From an uncultured virus (IMG/VR IMGVR_UViG_3300035445_000156) (Duplodnaviria > Heunggongvirae > Uroviricota > Caudoviricetes): 64,000 bases of DNA. Location: positions 1 to 64,000 of IMG/VR virus record IMGVR_UViG_3300035445_000156. The stretch is one strand, 5' to 3'. A model generated the notes under the pieces. It had not been told where the DNA came from, did no database searches, and saw only the letters and a list, made by a program, of their open reading frames with translations. The translations under genes and the position numbers were made by a program. Numbering within the stretch: position 1 is the stretch's first letter; each line of letters begins with the position of its first letter. Positions 9,026 through 18,714 of the stretch are shown piece after piece.

Positions 9026-9607
9026 ATGAGCCCCCTCGCCGCGTACGTGTTCACCCTGGTCGTCTCGCTCGCCGCCGCCCCGTCCGTTGACCTGTCGGAC
9101 CGATCGGAGGTCGAGCGACTCCGGGCGACGTCGGAGGACGTCGCGGCGGTCGCGGCGGAGAAGGACGGCTACCCGTTCAGCGGCCCGGCCCGCGTCGAGG
9201 CGCTCGCGGTTGCCCTAGTCGTGCTCGCGAAGCACGAGAGCGACTTCTCCCGCCGGGTCGACACGTGCCGGCTCACGGGCGACCGGATGCCCTGGCACAG
9301 GCCGTGGGAGGGCTATTCGATCTCGCTCTGGCAGCTCCGCGCCGGTCGCGCGTGGGCGGGGCACACGCGCCGGCAGATCTGCACGGACCGGCGGCTCGCC
9401 GCCTCGCTCGCGGCGGACGTGCTCGCGCTCTACAAGAACAGCGGCTCGGTCGGCGGCCTNTTCCGCGGCTANGCGAGCGGCAACTCGGGCGTCGACTCGA
9501 AGGCCGCTCGCGTCAGGTGCGCCTCGTGGGAGAAGCACGCCCGCGCGGCGGGGATCACCGCGAGCTGCTGGAAGAGCGCTGACGTGTCATTCGTGCCGCG
9601 ACAGTGA
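9026..9607 (+). CDS. Lytic transglycosylase (lysozyme-like fold) with N-terminal signal sequence; possible secreted endolysin
   Basis: Hydrophobic N-terminus; catalytic-like 'HESDF' and 'SISLWQL' motifs. Confidence 0.7.
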   Translation: MSPLAAYVFTLVVSLAAAPSVDLSDRSEVERLRATSEDVAAVAAEKDGYPFSGPARVEALAVALVVLAKHESDFSRRVDTCRLTGDRMPWHRPWEGYSISLWQLRAGRAWAGHTRRQICTDRRLAASLAADVLALYKNSGSVGGXFRGXASGNSGVDSKAARVRCASWEKHARAAGITASCWKSADVSFVPRQ

Positions 9608-9679
9608 GCCCGCCGAAGACGAGCAGCGGCGGGAGGAAGAGCGCGAGCAGGTCGGCGATCACCCTGCGAGAATGCCGCG

Positions 9680-10888
9680 ATGGCGCCCCCCAGCACGCTC
9701 ACGATCGAGGAGCTCGACGGCGACCGGCGCCGGCTCGAGCTGGCCGGCCCGTCCCTTCCCTTCCGCGGCGCCGCGTGGCCCGTCGAGCAGCGCGTCGTGA
9801 CCGAGTGGTACCCCGGCAACTCGGAGGCGACGCAGCACGTGCTCGGGCCGATCGACCCGGAGACNTCCCTCACGGGCGTCTGGAACACGACGCGGCTCGT
9901 GCGGGTCCCGGCGAAGTTCTTCTCCTCGCCCGACGCGCCGGAGACGCTCGTGTCGAACGCCTTCACGCTGCACGAGGTCCTCGACGACTTCGCGCGGGCG
10001 GCGCGCCTNCTNCGNGTCACGTGGAGCGCGGACGCCGACCGGCGGGTNGTCNGNCTCGGCCGGATCACGAAGTACCGGCCGGAGTTCCAGCGGGCCGACG
10101 ACGTCGGCTGGTCGCTCGACCTCGCCTGGGTAGGGCGCGGGACCGACCAGAAGCGCGCCGTCTCGGTCAAGGACGAGAGCCTCCGGCCCTCGCTCGTCGC
10201 GCTCGCCTCCGCGATGAACGACGTCACGGCCGCGATCGAGACGGCCGCGATCAGGAGCGCGCGCCGGGTCGGCAACGCGGCGACCGCCTTCTCGCTCGGC
10301 GACCTCGAGCGACTCGCGGACGCCCCCTCCCGGCTGCTCGACCGGGTGAGCCGCGCGGCGACCCAGTTCTCGTTCACGGTCAACGGCCTGAAGGGGATCG
10401 CGGACAAGGCGACGAACCTCCCGCGCTCGCTCGCGACCCGGGCGTCGGCGACCGGGGCGAGCGTCCGGCTGTCGTTCGTGGGCGCCTCCGACGAGGCGGG
10501 GCGCGCCCCCTTCGAGGTCGGGGTCCCGCCGGGCGGGCGGGTCGCCTCGACGATGCGCGCGCGGAAGTACCAGGACGACGCGTTCCGGCAGGTCGACCGG
10601 GGGGCGGCCTCCGCCGCGCTCCTGGAGCACGTCTCGCGGGCGCGGGCGAGCGCGCTCGCGGACGTCTCGGGCGCGGACACGGCCGACCAGGAGCGGGCGT
10701 ATGCGGTGCACGCGGCGCGCGCGGGGGAGACATTCGCCTCGATCGCGCGGCGCTTCCTCGGCTCGGCGGACAGGGGGGGCGACGTCGCGAGGGCGAACGG
10801 CTTCCCGGCCTATCAGGTGTCGCCGCCGGTCGGCGCGAGCCTGCTCATCCCGCGATTGTCGAGCGTGTCGTCGCCGCGCGCCGTCTGA
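9680..10888 (+). CDS. Tail tube initiator/baseplate protein with C-terminal LysM-like domain
   Basis: C-terminal 'RAGETFASIARRFLGSADRGGDVARANG...LLIP'; position in the tail module. Confidence 0.75.
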   Translation: MAPPSTLTIEELDGDRRRLELAGPSLPFRGAAWPVEQRVVTEWYPGNSEATQHVLGPIDPEXSLTGVWNTTRLVRVPAKFFSSPDAPETLVSNAFTLHEVLDDFARAARXXXVTWSADADRRXVXLGRITKYRPEFQRADDVGWSLDLAWVGRGTDQKRAVSVKDESLRPSLVALASAMNDVTAAIETAAIRSARRVGNAATAFSLGDLERLADAPSRLLDRVSRAATQFSFTVNGLKGIADKATNLPRSLATRASATGASVRLSFVGASDEAGRAPFEVGVPPGGRVASTMRARKYQDDAFRQVDRGAASAALLEHVSRARASALADVSGADTADQERAYAVHAARAGETFASIARRFLGSADRGGDVARANGFPAYQVSPPVGASLLIPRLSSVSSPRAV

Positions 10889-11015
10889 CGATCTCGAACG
10901 CTTCCTCGACCGTGTCGGCGCACAGCTTGACGAAGCGCTCGACGGGAGGGCGAGCCGCGTCCTCCGTCACCCGCTGCGCGACCCAGTCGCGCGTGTCGAC
11001 GATGAACCAGCTCAT
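10845..11015 (-). CDS. Hypothetical protein (56 aa)
   Basis: ATGA overlap with the upstream minus-strand gene. Confidence 0.5.
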   Translation of the reverse strand: MSWFIVDTRDWVAQRVTEDAARPPVERFVKLCADTVEEAFEIVRRRAATTRSTIAG

Positions 11016-11329
11016 CGGGCGGATCCTCCGAGCATGCTCGGGTCTCGCCAGGCCGAGACCGTGAGGTCGCTCCTGACGGAGCCGGGAGATAACACCGGTG
11101 TTATCTCCGGAGGCAGGCAGTCGTTCCCGACACCGTGCGCGAGCATCCGGCGGACGTCGGCGCGCAGATCCTTCTTGCGCACGGGCACGTGGACCCCGTG
11201 GTCGCACCCGTTCGCGTCGATCGCGACGAAGAGGTAGTGCGCCCCGGAGCCCGTCTCGAAGACGCGGAACCGGCCGAGCGCGTTGCGGATCACCGCGACG
11301 TACTGTTTGACCTGCAATTCGGGTCTCAT
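11012..11329 (-). CDS. Hypothetical protein containing palindrome copy 3 in frame (EITPVLS)
   Basis: GGAGG SD; part of a minus-strand operon. Confidence 0.65.
   Translation of the reverse strand: MRPELQVKQYVAVIRNALGRFRVFETGSGAHYLFVAIDANGCDHGVHVPVRKKDLRADVRRMLAHGVGNDCLPPEITPVLSPGSVRSDLTVSAWRDPSMLGGSAR
11086..11107. repeat. 22-bp palindrome, copy 3 (intragenic)
   Basis: Exact match. Confidence 0.97.
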
Positions 11330-11333
11330 GCGG

Positions 11334-11705
11334 TCAGCTCCTCCCCATGGCATTTTCGTACGCGGCTTGTACTTCCGCCGATGTAGGCGCGGGACGTGGT
11401 GTTTCGTCTCGCGCAGGGCGCTTCTCCCGCCTTCTGGTCGGCTTCTCCGCCGGACCGAAGCGGACGATCTTCAGGCCGAGCAGTCGGTCGTCCAGGCACG
11501 CGAACGTGCGCGTCCCGGTCGCCACGCGCGCAGTGAAGGTCGGGTGCCCGAGGGCGCGGCATTCACCGACCGAGAGCAGGTCGCCCTCGTAGTCGACGGG
11601 ACCGGGGCAGTTCTCCGGCACGTATCGGATCTTGAGTCGGCTTCCGGTCGGGATGCTGCTGAGTACAGCCAGCATGGCTCCGTTCTGTTCTCGCGTGACT
11701 CTCAT
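11334..11705 (-). CDS. Hypothetical early protein
   Basis: GGAGG SD; downstream of a sigma70-type promoter. Confidence 0.7.
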   Translation of the reverse strand: MRVTREQNGAMLAVLSSIPTGSRLKIRYVPENCPGPVDYEGDLLSVGECRALGHPTFTARVATGTRTFACLDDRLLGLKIVRFGPAEKPTRRREKRPARDETPRPAPTSAEVQAAYENAMGRS

Positions 11706-11742
11706 GACGCCCTCCGTCTGTCGTTCCCCGCTTCCGAAAGTC

Positions 11743-11771
11743 ACTCTAGGACATGATGTCCTAGATGTCAA
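11743..11771 (-). promoter_or_regulatory. Sigma70-type promoter TTGACA-17-TAGAGT with operator TCTAGGACATCATGTCCTAGA
   Basis: Consensus -35, 17-nt spacer; palindrome at 11745-11765. Confidence 0.85.
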
Positions 11772-11833
11772 CAGGAATTGTGGAAAAGCCCGGGGCTCGG
11801 CCTACCGGGCTTCTCCCTCACGGTCGGACTCGC

Positions 11834-12889
11834 TCAATTGACCAGCATGTCTTCGAGGAGCTTCTTGCCGACGAGCTTCGAGTCGATGCCCGCCTCGACG
11901 GCCTGCGGCCCGGAGACGAGCGCCTCGGTCCCGTCCCGCATGACGAGGCAGATCTTCGTCTCGATCTCCTGCACGCGGTCGGCGCGGGAGCCGAAGAGGA
12001 GCGAGTCGAGCGCGTCGGAGTCGCCGCGTGTCTTCCTGGCCGAGCCGTCGCCGTTGCGGTCGACGAGGTAGGTCGCCGCGTTCCAGATGGTCGCCAGGTT
12101 GCCCGGTCGGTCGCCCTCGCGGTTCACCGGCAGCGCGGCCGCCCGCCGCGCCTCCTCGCGCGCGTTCTCCGCCCGCGTCTGCTTGCCCTTGCTGTCGCCC
12201 TCCCCGGCCTCGGGGAAGAGCGAGTCGAAGATCGCCCGGGCCTGCTCGCGGTTCAGGAAGGTGTTCCGGGCGCGCTCGTAGGCGTCCTTGACCTTCGTCC
12301 CGGCGGCGATCGCCTCGCCGATCCCCGCCGCGAGCGCGTTGACCTTCTGCTCGAGGCTCGCGGTGTGCCGGATCTGAGCCATCGCCCCGCCGTCGGTCCG
12401 GAGCGCGGCGCTCATCGTGTTCGCGCAGACGACGCGGATCGAGGTGAACCCGCAGGTCAGGCGGAGCGAGCCGTCGAAGGCGTCGACGAGCAGGAGCTGC
12501 GTCTTCAACCCGTTCGACACGCCGACCTCGAACGTCGCGAGCGTGCGGCTCCCCTCGCAGAGCGAGAAGGCACCCGTCGGTCGCGCGCCGGCCGCGCAGG
12601 CCGCCCGGACGAGCTCGCGCCACTCGTCGCACGCGGTCGCGCGGAACCGCCCGCCGACGATCCCGAGCACGCGGTCCGGGTGCGAGAGGTAGCCGCCGAC
12701 GATCGCCTCCGCGAACGGGACAGTCAGCCCGGAACTCGTCCTGAGAGTGTCGGCCGTGAGGCTGATCGGCCACGCGCCCGACGACTCGCCCCGGCCGATC
12801 ATCTCGCCCGCGTCGACCATCTGCCCGACCTCCTCCAACCCGTGCCAGCTCGATGCCTCAAGAACCCCTCGATCCCACTGATGCGCCAT
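11834..12889 (-). CDS. DUF932-family phage/plasmid protein
   Basis: 'WHGL', 'LLLVDAFDGS...TSIRVVCANTM...IRHT' motifs. Confidence 0.88.
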   Translation of the reverse strand: MAHQWDRGVLEASSWHGLEEVGQMVDAGEMIGRGESSGAWPISLTADTLRTSSGLTVPFAEAIVGGYLSHPDRVLGIVGGRFRATACDEWRELVRAACAAGARPTGAFSLCEGSRTLATFEVGVSNGLKTQLLLVDAFDGSLRLTCGFTSIRVVCANTMSAALRTDGGAMAQIRHTASLEQKVNALAAGIGEAIAAGTKVKDAYERARNTFLNREQARAIFDSLFPEAGEGDSKGKQTRAENAREEARRAAALPVNREGDRPGNLATIWNAATYLVDRNGDGSARKTRGDSDALDSLLFGSRADRVQEIETKICLVMRDGTEALVSGPQAVEAGIDSKLVGKKLLEDMLVN

Positions 12890-12930
12890 GGCGTCCTCCG
12901 TTTTCTCCGTTGTCCCCCGCTTCGAGAGTC

Positions 12931-12959
12931 AATCTAGGGCATGATGTCCTAGCAGTCAA
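12931..12959 (-). promoter_or_regulatory. Sigma70-type promoter TTGACT-17-TAGATT with operator CTAGGACATCATGCCCTAG
   Basis: Same architecture as 11743-11771. Confidence 0.85.
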
Positions 12960-13017
12960 CGAGAATTCGACGGGCGACGAAAATAATTTTCGGGGGTCGC
13001 TCCCGTAGCTTCCGGGC

Positions 13018-14724
13018 ATGCGCGAGGTCCCCCTGCAGAGCTACCGGCCGCGGGCGAAGGTCCGCCTGATCGTTCGCTTCGACGACTTCGGCGCGGGGGA
13101 CACGCCCGACCCGCCCGAGCGGCCGCCGCAGATCCGAACGAACAAGACGAAGAAGACGAGCGCCGCCGACCGGCTGGAGGTCTCCGAGCGGGACGGCGCG
13201 CTCGTCTTGCTCGCGAAGGGCGACTCAGCAGGCGACGGGGGCGCGCCGCAGGAGCGGACGAGCAGCGACGACGGCCGGACGCACGCGGTCGAGGTCGTCC
13301 CGTCGACGATGACGATCAGCCGCAACGGGATCCGGATCGCCGACACGATGACGGCGACCTTCCGCTACGCGGACCTGCCGCTCGACCCGCGGACGATTCG
13401 CGCCTGCGCGGTCGAGGCGTACGCCGGCTCCCTCCCCGACGAGGACGCGGACCGCGAGCGACTCGGGGGCGAGTACGTGCTGCTGCCCGACTCCTACGTC
13501 GACCGGCGGGGCAACCGGCGGACGAACCGCCGATTCGCCGGGTGGGTCGACCAGTGGGAGGAGGACCTCGGGGACGGCCGGAGCGAGCCGACGATCTCGG
13601 TCGAGTGCACGGACAACACGCGCCTGCTGATCGAGCAGGACGCCCCGGCGAAGCTCGCCGTCTCGCCCTCGACCCCGATCGACCGGGCGATCGCCGAGTA
13701 CCTCGCGAACTTCCCGCAGTTCGTCGGCCTGTCCGTGGAGTACCGGCCGCCCGGCTCCGACCCGCCGCTCCTGGAGAGCGCGCTCGGCAAGGCGGCGTTC
13801 AAGCCGAAGCTCGGGCCGACTCCCGGCGGGGGCGGCAAGCTCAATGTGTGGGACTACCTGACCGACGTCTGCGGCGCGCTCGGGCACGTCGTCCGCTTCG
13901 AGGACTCTACGGTCGTCGTCCAGCGCGCGCGCACGCTCTACGGCTCGTCGTTCTCCGGCCGACCCGACGACCCGTTCACGGGGCGGGTCCTGCCCGGCGG
14001 GCGCGAGCTGCTCCGGCGCCTGTTCGTCTTCGGCCGCAACGTGACGCGGCCGCGCCGCCGGCGGGAGTTCGCCCGCTACGCGCCGACGAACATCGAGTGT
14101 CGCTGCTACGTGCCGGAGCTCAAGAAGACGCTCGTCGTCCGGCACCCGCAGAAGGGGGACCGGCAGAAGCGCGTCAACCCCGGCAACGCGGCCGAGCAGG
14201 GGTGGAAGGTGATCACGGTCTCGGGGATCAGGGACGAGGCGACGCTCCGCTCGATCGCGCAGGGCGCCTACGAGGCGCTCGGCCGGAACGAGCTCGGCGT
14301 CGAGTTCGAGACGAAGGACCTCGCGAGCTACGGCGGCGACGCGGCGGACACCGACGCGCTCGACGTGCTCGCGGGCGACGCGCTCGACCTGGAGGTGGCC
14401 CGGTCGCCGGACCGGCTCGACACGGTCGGCGCGGTCGAGGAGCAGCTCGCGACGCGCCCGGCCGACTTCCTGCGCGACCTCGGCTTCCCGGCGGGCTTCG
14501 CCGACGCCCACGCGCGCGCGCTGTCGAGCGTCGCGCTGCAGGTCACCTACCGCGTGAAGACGGCCTCGATCGACTGGGACGTCCAAGAGGGGATCTCGCT
14601 CAAGTTCGGGTGCGTGAACTACGTCGAGGTCCGCGCCGACAGGCCGCTGCCCGCGGGCGAGGAGCCGAGCGCGACGCCGCCGGCCGGCGCGACGCCCGAG
14701 CGCGTGACGGTGCGCGAGTTCTAG
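13018..14724 (+). CDS. Baseplate hub/tail protein (gpD/gp27-like)
   Basis: 568 aa; 'RFAGWVD...ISVECTDNTRLLIEQ' pattern; lies upstream of the spike gene. Confidence 0.65.
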   Translation: MREVPLQSYRPRAKVRLIVRFDDFGAGDTPDPPERPPQIRTNKTKKTSAADRLEVSERDGALVLLAKGDSAGDGGAPQERTSSDDGRTHAVEVVPSTMTISRNGIRIADTMTATFRYADLPLDPRTIRACAVEAYAGSLPDEDADRERLGGEYVLLPDSYVDRRGNRRTNRRFAGWVDQWEEDLGDGRSEPTISVECTDNTRLLIEQDAPAKLAVSPSTPIDRAIAEYLANFPQFVGLSVEYRPPGSDPPLLESALGKAAFKPKLGPTPGGGGKLNVWDYLTDVCGALGHVVRFEDSTVVVQRARTLYGSSFSGRPDDPFTGRVLPGGRELLRRLFVFGRNVTRPRRRREFARYAPTNIECRCYVPELKKTLVVRHPQKGDRQKRVNPGNAAEQGWKVITVSGIRDEATLRSIAQGAYEALGRNELGVEFETKDLASYGGDAADTDALDVLAGDALDLEVARSPDRLDTVGAVEEQLATRPADFLRDLGFPAGFADAHARALSSVALQVTYRVKTASIDWDVQEGISLKFGCVNYVEVRADRPLPAGEEPSATPPAGATPERVTVREF

Positions 14725-16235
14725 GGACTCGCGGGGCTAGGCAGGGTCCACCCGTTCCTGCGCGCAGCGCGAGCGAGCACGCGCTGCGCGAGTATTCCCG
14801 GTTGTTCATTGCGGGGACCGTGGTGCTGAAGCACGCGCCCACCGCGGTCGAGTTCCACGGTGCTCTTCGTGTCCAGCACGCGAATCGAGAGGATGACGCT
14901 CCGTCCGCTCTCGACCGCCGGGGCGTAGCCCCCGACGCAGTGCTCCATCTCATCGCCTTCTCGCACGAGCTGCGCGGGGGTCGCCAGGTGACGCATGCAG
15001 CGCTGATAGAGCCGCCAGCCAGTCGGAAGCCCGGCGAGCACGCGATGGTCTTCCCGGGCTTTCGCCATCCACGTCTCGCCGCACCGCTCGGCGGCATGTT
15101 CGAAGGCCGCGTCCACTCCGGTCCGCGAGCCGCGCACGAGGTCGCAGTCCTGGATCTCGTCCACGCGATCCAGGTAGCGGACGATCGCTTCCGCGCCGGC
15201 AGGCCCGTGGATCCTCCGCTCGCGAGTGAGCACGTGCCAGTCTCCGCGATCGCGCACCGCACGGAGCCATCGTGCCGCGGGCCACGACCGGACAGTCGGC
15301 AGAGACTCGTGTTCGCACCACCACACGAGCACGCACTCCTGCGCGCCGGCGAGAGCCCACGCGTGCGCCTCGGCGCGTGTCAGGCGAGCATCGGGATCTA
15401 TCGACGACGCAATCGATACCGGGGTTTCGCCTCGCGTGAGACGCGCAGCAATCGGAAGCGGTACGTCTGGATAGCTCGGACAGAGCCATGCCCCGCGATC
15501 GCCGGGCCGCGCGGCCTCAACGAGCGTCGCCTGGCGTTTTCCGGCAGCCCATGCCGCGCGAATGCGGCCAGTGGTGTCCGCCGCGAGGTTGCGCTGCAGG
15601 CGTGCAACAGCGGCCCAGTCGAGGTCTCGGATCCGCAGCGGCTTATCCGTATGCTCATCCGGTAGTGCGGCAAGTGCAGCACGCTGCAGCTCGGGGCAGA
15701 ACTGTCCGAGGCGCCACAGTGCCCGCGTCGAGACGTTGCGGCGTCCGACGCTCGTCCGTCGCGCAGCCCTCGCGGCGCTGAGCAGGCGTCGGACCCTCTC
15801 GCGTGGCATCGGCCGGGCGCGCCCCTCACGATCTGTCAGCCGTAGACCCGATCGGACAAGCGCCGCCGGGATGTCTGCGGACCACGCTCGGGCCACGTGG
15901 TCGGGGTCGGGGTTGTAGCTCGATCCGACGACGCCGGGTCGATCCGCGGCGCGTGCCCAATACTCGAGGAATCTAACCATCTCGCCGTTGACCCACGCGC
16001 GCGGCGGCACGCGGTTCCAGCCGCAGGCGACGAGCCGTCCGTCGATGCCGCCGGCTACGTGCGGCGCGATGGCGCGGCAGATCCCGACGTATTGAGCCGC
16101 GCTCTTGATCTTGCGGTCGCGCGCCGGGCGGATCGCCCGCTCGTACGATCGACGCCCTTCGCTCGTGGTCACGTCAAAGCCATAGTCGGCGATGAGCCGG
16201 TCAACTCTCATGCGCGCGCTTCCTCGTACGAACAT
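14721..16235 (-). CDS. PcfJ-like domain protein
   Basis: C-terminal 'LVREGDEMEHCVGGY...STVEL...QHHGPRN'. Confidence 0.8.
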   Translation of the reverse strand: MFVRGSARMRVDRLIADYGFDVTTSEGRRSYERAIRPARDRKIKSAAQYVGICRAIAPHVAGGIDGRLVACGWNRVPPRAWVNGEMVRFLEYWARAADRPGVVGSSYNPDPDHVARAWSADIPAALVRSGLRLTDREGRARPMPRERVRRLLSAARAARRTSVGRRNVSTRALWRLGQFCPELQRAALAALPDEHTDKPLRIRDLDWAAVARLQRNLAADTTGRIRAAWAAGKRQATLVEAARPGDRGAWLCPSYPDVPLPIAARLTRGETPVSIASSIDPDARLTRAEAHAWALAGAQECVLVWWCEHESLPTVRSWPAARWLRAVRDRGDWHVLTRERRIHGPAGAEAIVRYLDRVDEIQDCDLVRGSRTGVDAAFEHAAERCGETWMAKAREDHRVLAGLPTGWRLYQRCMRHLATPAQLVREGDEMEHCVGGYAPAVESGRSVILSIRVLDTKSTVELDRGGRVLQHHGPRNEQPGILAQRVLARAARRNGWTLPSPASP

Positions 16236-16255
16236 GGGAACCTCCTAGGAACCAG

Positions 16256-16284
16256 AAGATAGGACATCATGTCCTAACATTCAA
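16256..16284 (-). promoter_or_regulatory. Sigma70-type promoter TTGAAT-17-TATCTT with operator TAGGACATGATGTCCTA
   Basis: Same architecture; palindrome at 16260-16276. Confidence 0.82.
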
Positions 16285-16295
16285 GGAAAATCGAC

Positions 16296-17294
16296 ATGAG
16301 ACGCCCGATGTCCGCGCCCGTCGACCTCCGCACGGTCGGCGACGGCTACTCGTACCCGGGGATCGACCCGCGCACGTGGATCAGCAGCGCGACGGTCGAC
16401 GAGGAGGAGCCGGTCGTCTTCGACGCGGAGCTCGGCCCGCTCGTCGGCGTGACGCTGCAGCCGACGAAGGAGCAGGTCCGGTGCCGCGTGGGGATGGGCG
16501 TCGCGGGCCGGGGCGAGGGCGAGTACTACCCGTTCGTCGCGGGCGACGAGGTGCTCGTCGCGGTCCCGCGCGGCGACCTCCGCGAGGGCGGCGTGATCCT
16601 CTGCCGGCTGTGCAACTCGATCGACGCGTTCCCGACGGGCAGCGTCGCCGGGCAGGACCCGGTGACGAACTCGTTCGGCTTCAGGAGGCAGAAGGCGCCG
16701 CACGCGCACGAGGTCGACGGGCCCTACCTCGTGCGGCAGTCGTCGACCGGCGCGCTCCTCTCCATGGACGGCGCCGGCGTCATGACGCTCCGGGGCGGCG
16801 ACGGGGGCGCGCTGCAGCTCTCGCCGGACGCCTTCGGGTTCCAGTCGGCCGACGCGCGCTTCGTCCTGCAGCTCGACGCGACGGGCGGCAGGTTCACGCT
16901 GAAGGTCGACGACTCGATCCTGACGCTCTCCTCGTCCGGCGCGAGCCCGGAGGTCTCGGCGCTCGCCGTGCCCGGCCTCTTCTCGGTCTCGACCGCGACG
17001 AACCCGGCGGCCGAGCACGTCCTGACGACGGAGGCGTTCTTCAACCTCCTGCAGGCGCTCGTGACCGCGATCGGCGCGGCGCTCCCGGGCCCGATCGCCG
17101 GCGCCGCGCTCGCCGCCGGGTGGGCGGCCATCGTGCAGGCCGCGCTGCTCGCCGCCCCCGCGCTCGCGCAGGTCCCGACGACCGCGCTCGCGATCGTCTC
17201 CGCGTTCGCCGCGCAGGCGCAGAAGCCGCCGGGCGTCCCCCTGCAGGGGCAGCTACGCCCCGGGGCGGGTTGTGCCGGATTTTTTGCCGGGTGA
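16296..17294 (+). CDS. Baseplate spike protein (gpV/gp5 OB-fold type)
   Basis: 'GEYYPFVAGDEVLVAVPRGD' OB-fold motif followed by beta-helix-like repeats. Confidence 0.8.
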   Translation: MRRPMSAPVDLRTVGDGYSYPGIDPRTWISSATVDEEEPVVFDAELGPLVGVTLQPTKEQVRCRVGMGVAGRGEGEYYPFVAGDEVLVAVPRGDLREGGVILCRLCNSIDAFPTGSVAGQDPVTNSFGFRRQKAPHAHEVDGPYLVRQSSTGALLSMDGAGVMTLRGGDGGALQLSPDAFGFQSADARFVLQLDATGGRFTLKVDDSILTLSSSGASPEVSALAVPGLFSVSTATNPAAEHVLTTEAFFNLLQALVTAIGAALPGPIAGAALAAGWAAIVQAALLAAPALAQVPTTALAIVSAFAAQAQKPPGVPLQGQLRPGAGCAGFFAG

Positions 17295-17423
17295 ACGGCG
17301 GCGCGTGACGGCGCGGTGATTCCTGCGGCAGCACTTCCCGCAGACGTCGCCGAGCATGACTTCGACAGGGTTCATCGCCGCGCCGCAATCGCCGCATGTC
17401 CGCCAGCCTTCCGGTAGCTTCAT
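17253..17423 (-). CDS. Small zinc-finger protein (56 aa)
   Basis: CGDC...CGKC; CATCAT box 6 nt before the ATG. Confidence 0.55.
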   Translation of the reverse strand: MKLPEGWRTCGDCGAAMNPVEVMLGDVCGKCCRRNHRAVTRRRSPGKKSGTTRPGA

Positions 17424-17457
17424 GGCCGGATGATGCCCCGGAAGAGAGGGTAAGAAG

Positions 17458-17751
17458 ATCGGATTCCCGCCTCCGCCCGACGCGCCGTCCCTCGCCGACC
17501 AGCAGTCGCTCTCACTGAGCGTCTCGCTCGCGCCGTCGCCGACGGGCCTCGAGATCTGCGGCTTCCAGATCCCGGGCTTCGAGTTCAACGTCACGTTCCG
17601 GCTCCCGGGCTTCCCGAGCTTCGACTTCCCGCCGCTCTTCTTCTTCGGGCTCGCGCTCAACTGCGACCTGAGCGACCCGATCTCGGCCGGGTTCGGCGGC
17701 GGCAGGTCGGGCACGTTCGGCCTCGAGGACGACGAGGAGTTCGGCGAGTAG
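17458..17751 (+). CDS. About 97-aa Pro/Phe/Gly-rich protein with no upstream ATG/GTG start (ATC start proposed)
   Basis: Strong coding codon bias; in-frame stop at 17431; GAGAGGG SD 7 nt before ATC; not in the ORF track. Confidence 0.6.
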   Translation: MGFPPPPDAPSLADQQSLSLSVSLAPSPTGLEICGFQIPGFEFNVTFRLPGFPSFDFPPLFFFGLALNCDLSDPISAGFGGGRSGTFGLEDDEEFGE

Positions 17752-17761
17752 GTTTGTCCCC

Positions 17762-17783
17762 GAGATAACACCGGTGTTATCTC
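17762..17783. repeat. 22-bp palindrome, copy 4 (intergenic)
   Basis: Exact match; GGTTTGTCCC on its left is the GGGACAAACC flank reversed. Confidence 0.97.
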
Positions 17784-17802
17784 CCGCGCTACTCTCCGGG
17801 GC

Positions 17803-18606
17803 GTGGCCGTTTCAATTCTCATCGACCAGGCGGGCAAGCCGGCGGGCGTCGCGGGGCAGTCGCGCGAGGACCTCGACACCGGCGTCGCCGTCACCCTGAC
17901 CGCGGTCGGCGGGCCCTTCCTCCGCTACCGGTGGTCGATAGTGAGCAAGCCGGTCGACGTCGTCGCCTCGACCCGCTCCGGCGCGACGCTCTCCGCCGCG
18001 ACGGCCGCGGTCACGCTCTGCTCGCCGATCGACCTCCGGGGGACGCACCTCGTCGAGCTGCTCGTCGACGCGGGCTTCGGGCTCGGCGGGCGCGCGGAGG
18101 ACCAGACGCGCCGGACCTTCTACGCGGGCGACCCCCTGCTCCCCCTCTCGGCCGACCCGACGCTGCTCCCCCGCCGGGTGCCCGCGTTCGGGGAGCGCGC
18201 GGAGCACAACGCGCCCGACGCGCTCGACCCGCTCGGCAACCCCGACGGCTGGGCGCGCGAGCTCGAGCGGTGGAAGTCCCTGATCCGCGGGGACCACGAG
18301 TGGGCGGCCGCGAAGGTGACGACGGCCGCCGGGCCGACCGCGGTCCTCGGCCGGCGGAAGAACGTCGCGAGCGTGACCTGGAACGTCGGCTCGAACGCCT
18401 ACGACGTCGTCTTCTCGCTGCCGCTCCCGGACGCCGGCTACTCGGCGCGCGTGACGCCGTTCGTCCCGCTGCTCACGCTCGCGGTCCCGCTCGTCGACAG
18501 CGCGAGCGTCACGGCGGCCGGCTTCTCGGTCCAGTTCCTCGACGCGACCGCGACGCCGGTCACAGCCGACTTCGGCTTCTCCGTGTCGCTCGGCGCCGAC
18601 CCGTAG
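17803..18606 (+). CDS. Virion structural/tail fibre-associated protein
   Basis: C-terminal 'NVASVTWN...YDVVFSLPLPDAGYS' fibre-type domain; baseplate context. Confidence 0.6.
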   Translation: MAVSILIDQAGKPAGVAGQSREDLDTGVAVTLTAVGGPFLRYRWSIVSKPVDVVASTRSGATLSAATAAVTLCSPIDLRGTHLVELLVDAGFGLGGRAEDQTRRTFYAGDPLLPLSADPTLLPRRVPAFGERAEHNAPDALDPLGNPDGWARELERWKSLIRGDHEWAAAKVTTAAGPTAVLGRRKNVASVTWNVGSNAYDVVFSLPLPDAGYSARVTPFVPLLTLAVPLVDSASVTAAGFSVQFLDATATPVTADFGFSVSLGADP

Positions 18607-18607
18607 C

Positions 18608-18714
18608 GACGAAAGTTTGTCTCTGGACCGCCGGTACCATCCAATATTTTCCAATACTTAGACCGGTATCATCGGATTGACGATACCGGCGATTTTCAGA
18701 TGAATCCGTTCGTC
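18608..18714 (-). ncRNA. Candidate rod-like hairpin sRNA
   Basis: Nested stems whose G-U pairs form only on the minus strand; 5' end 6 nt after CATCAT. Confidence 0.5.

Noticed and set aside
9460..10060. Cluster of N bases as a hypervariable locus
   Set aside because: Scattered single ambiguities are more simply explained by strain heterogeneity or low coverage
17277..17294. T6 run at the end of the spike gene as a second frameshift site
   Set aside because: Not in X XXY YYZ phase and no convincing extension follows
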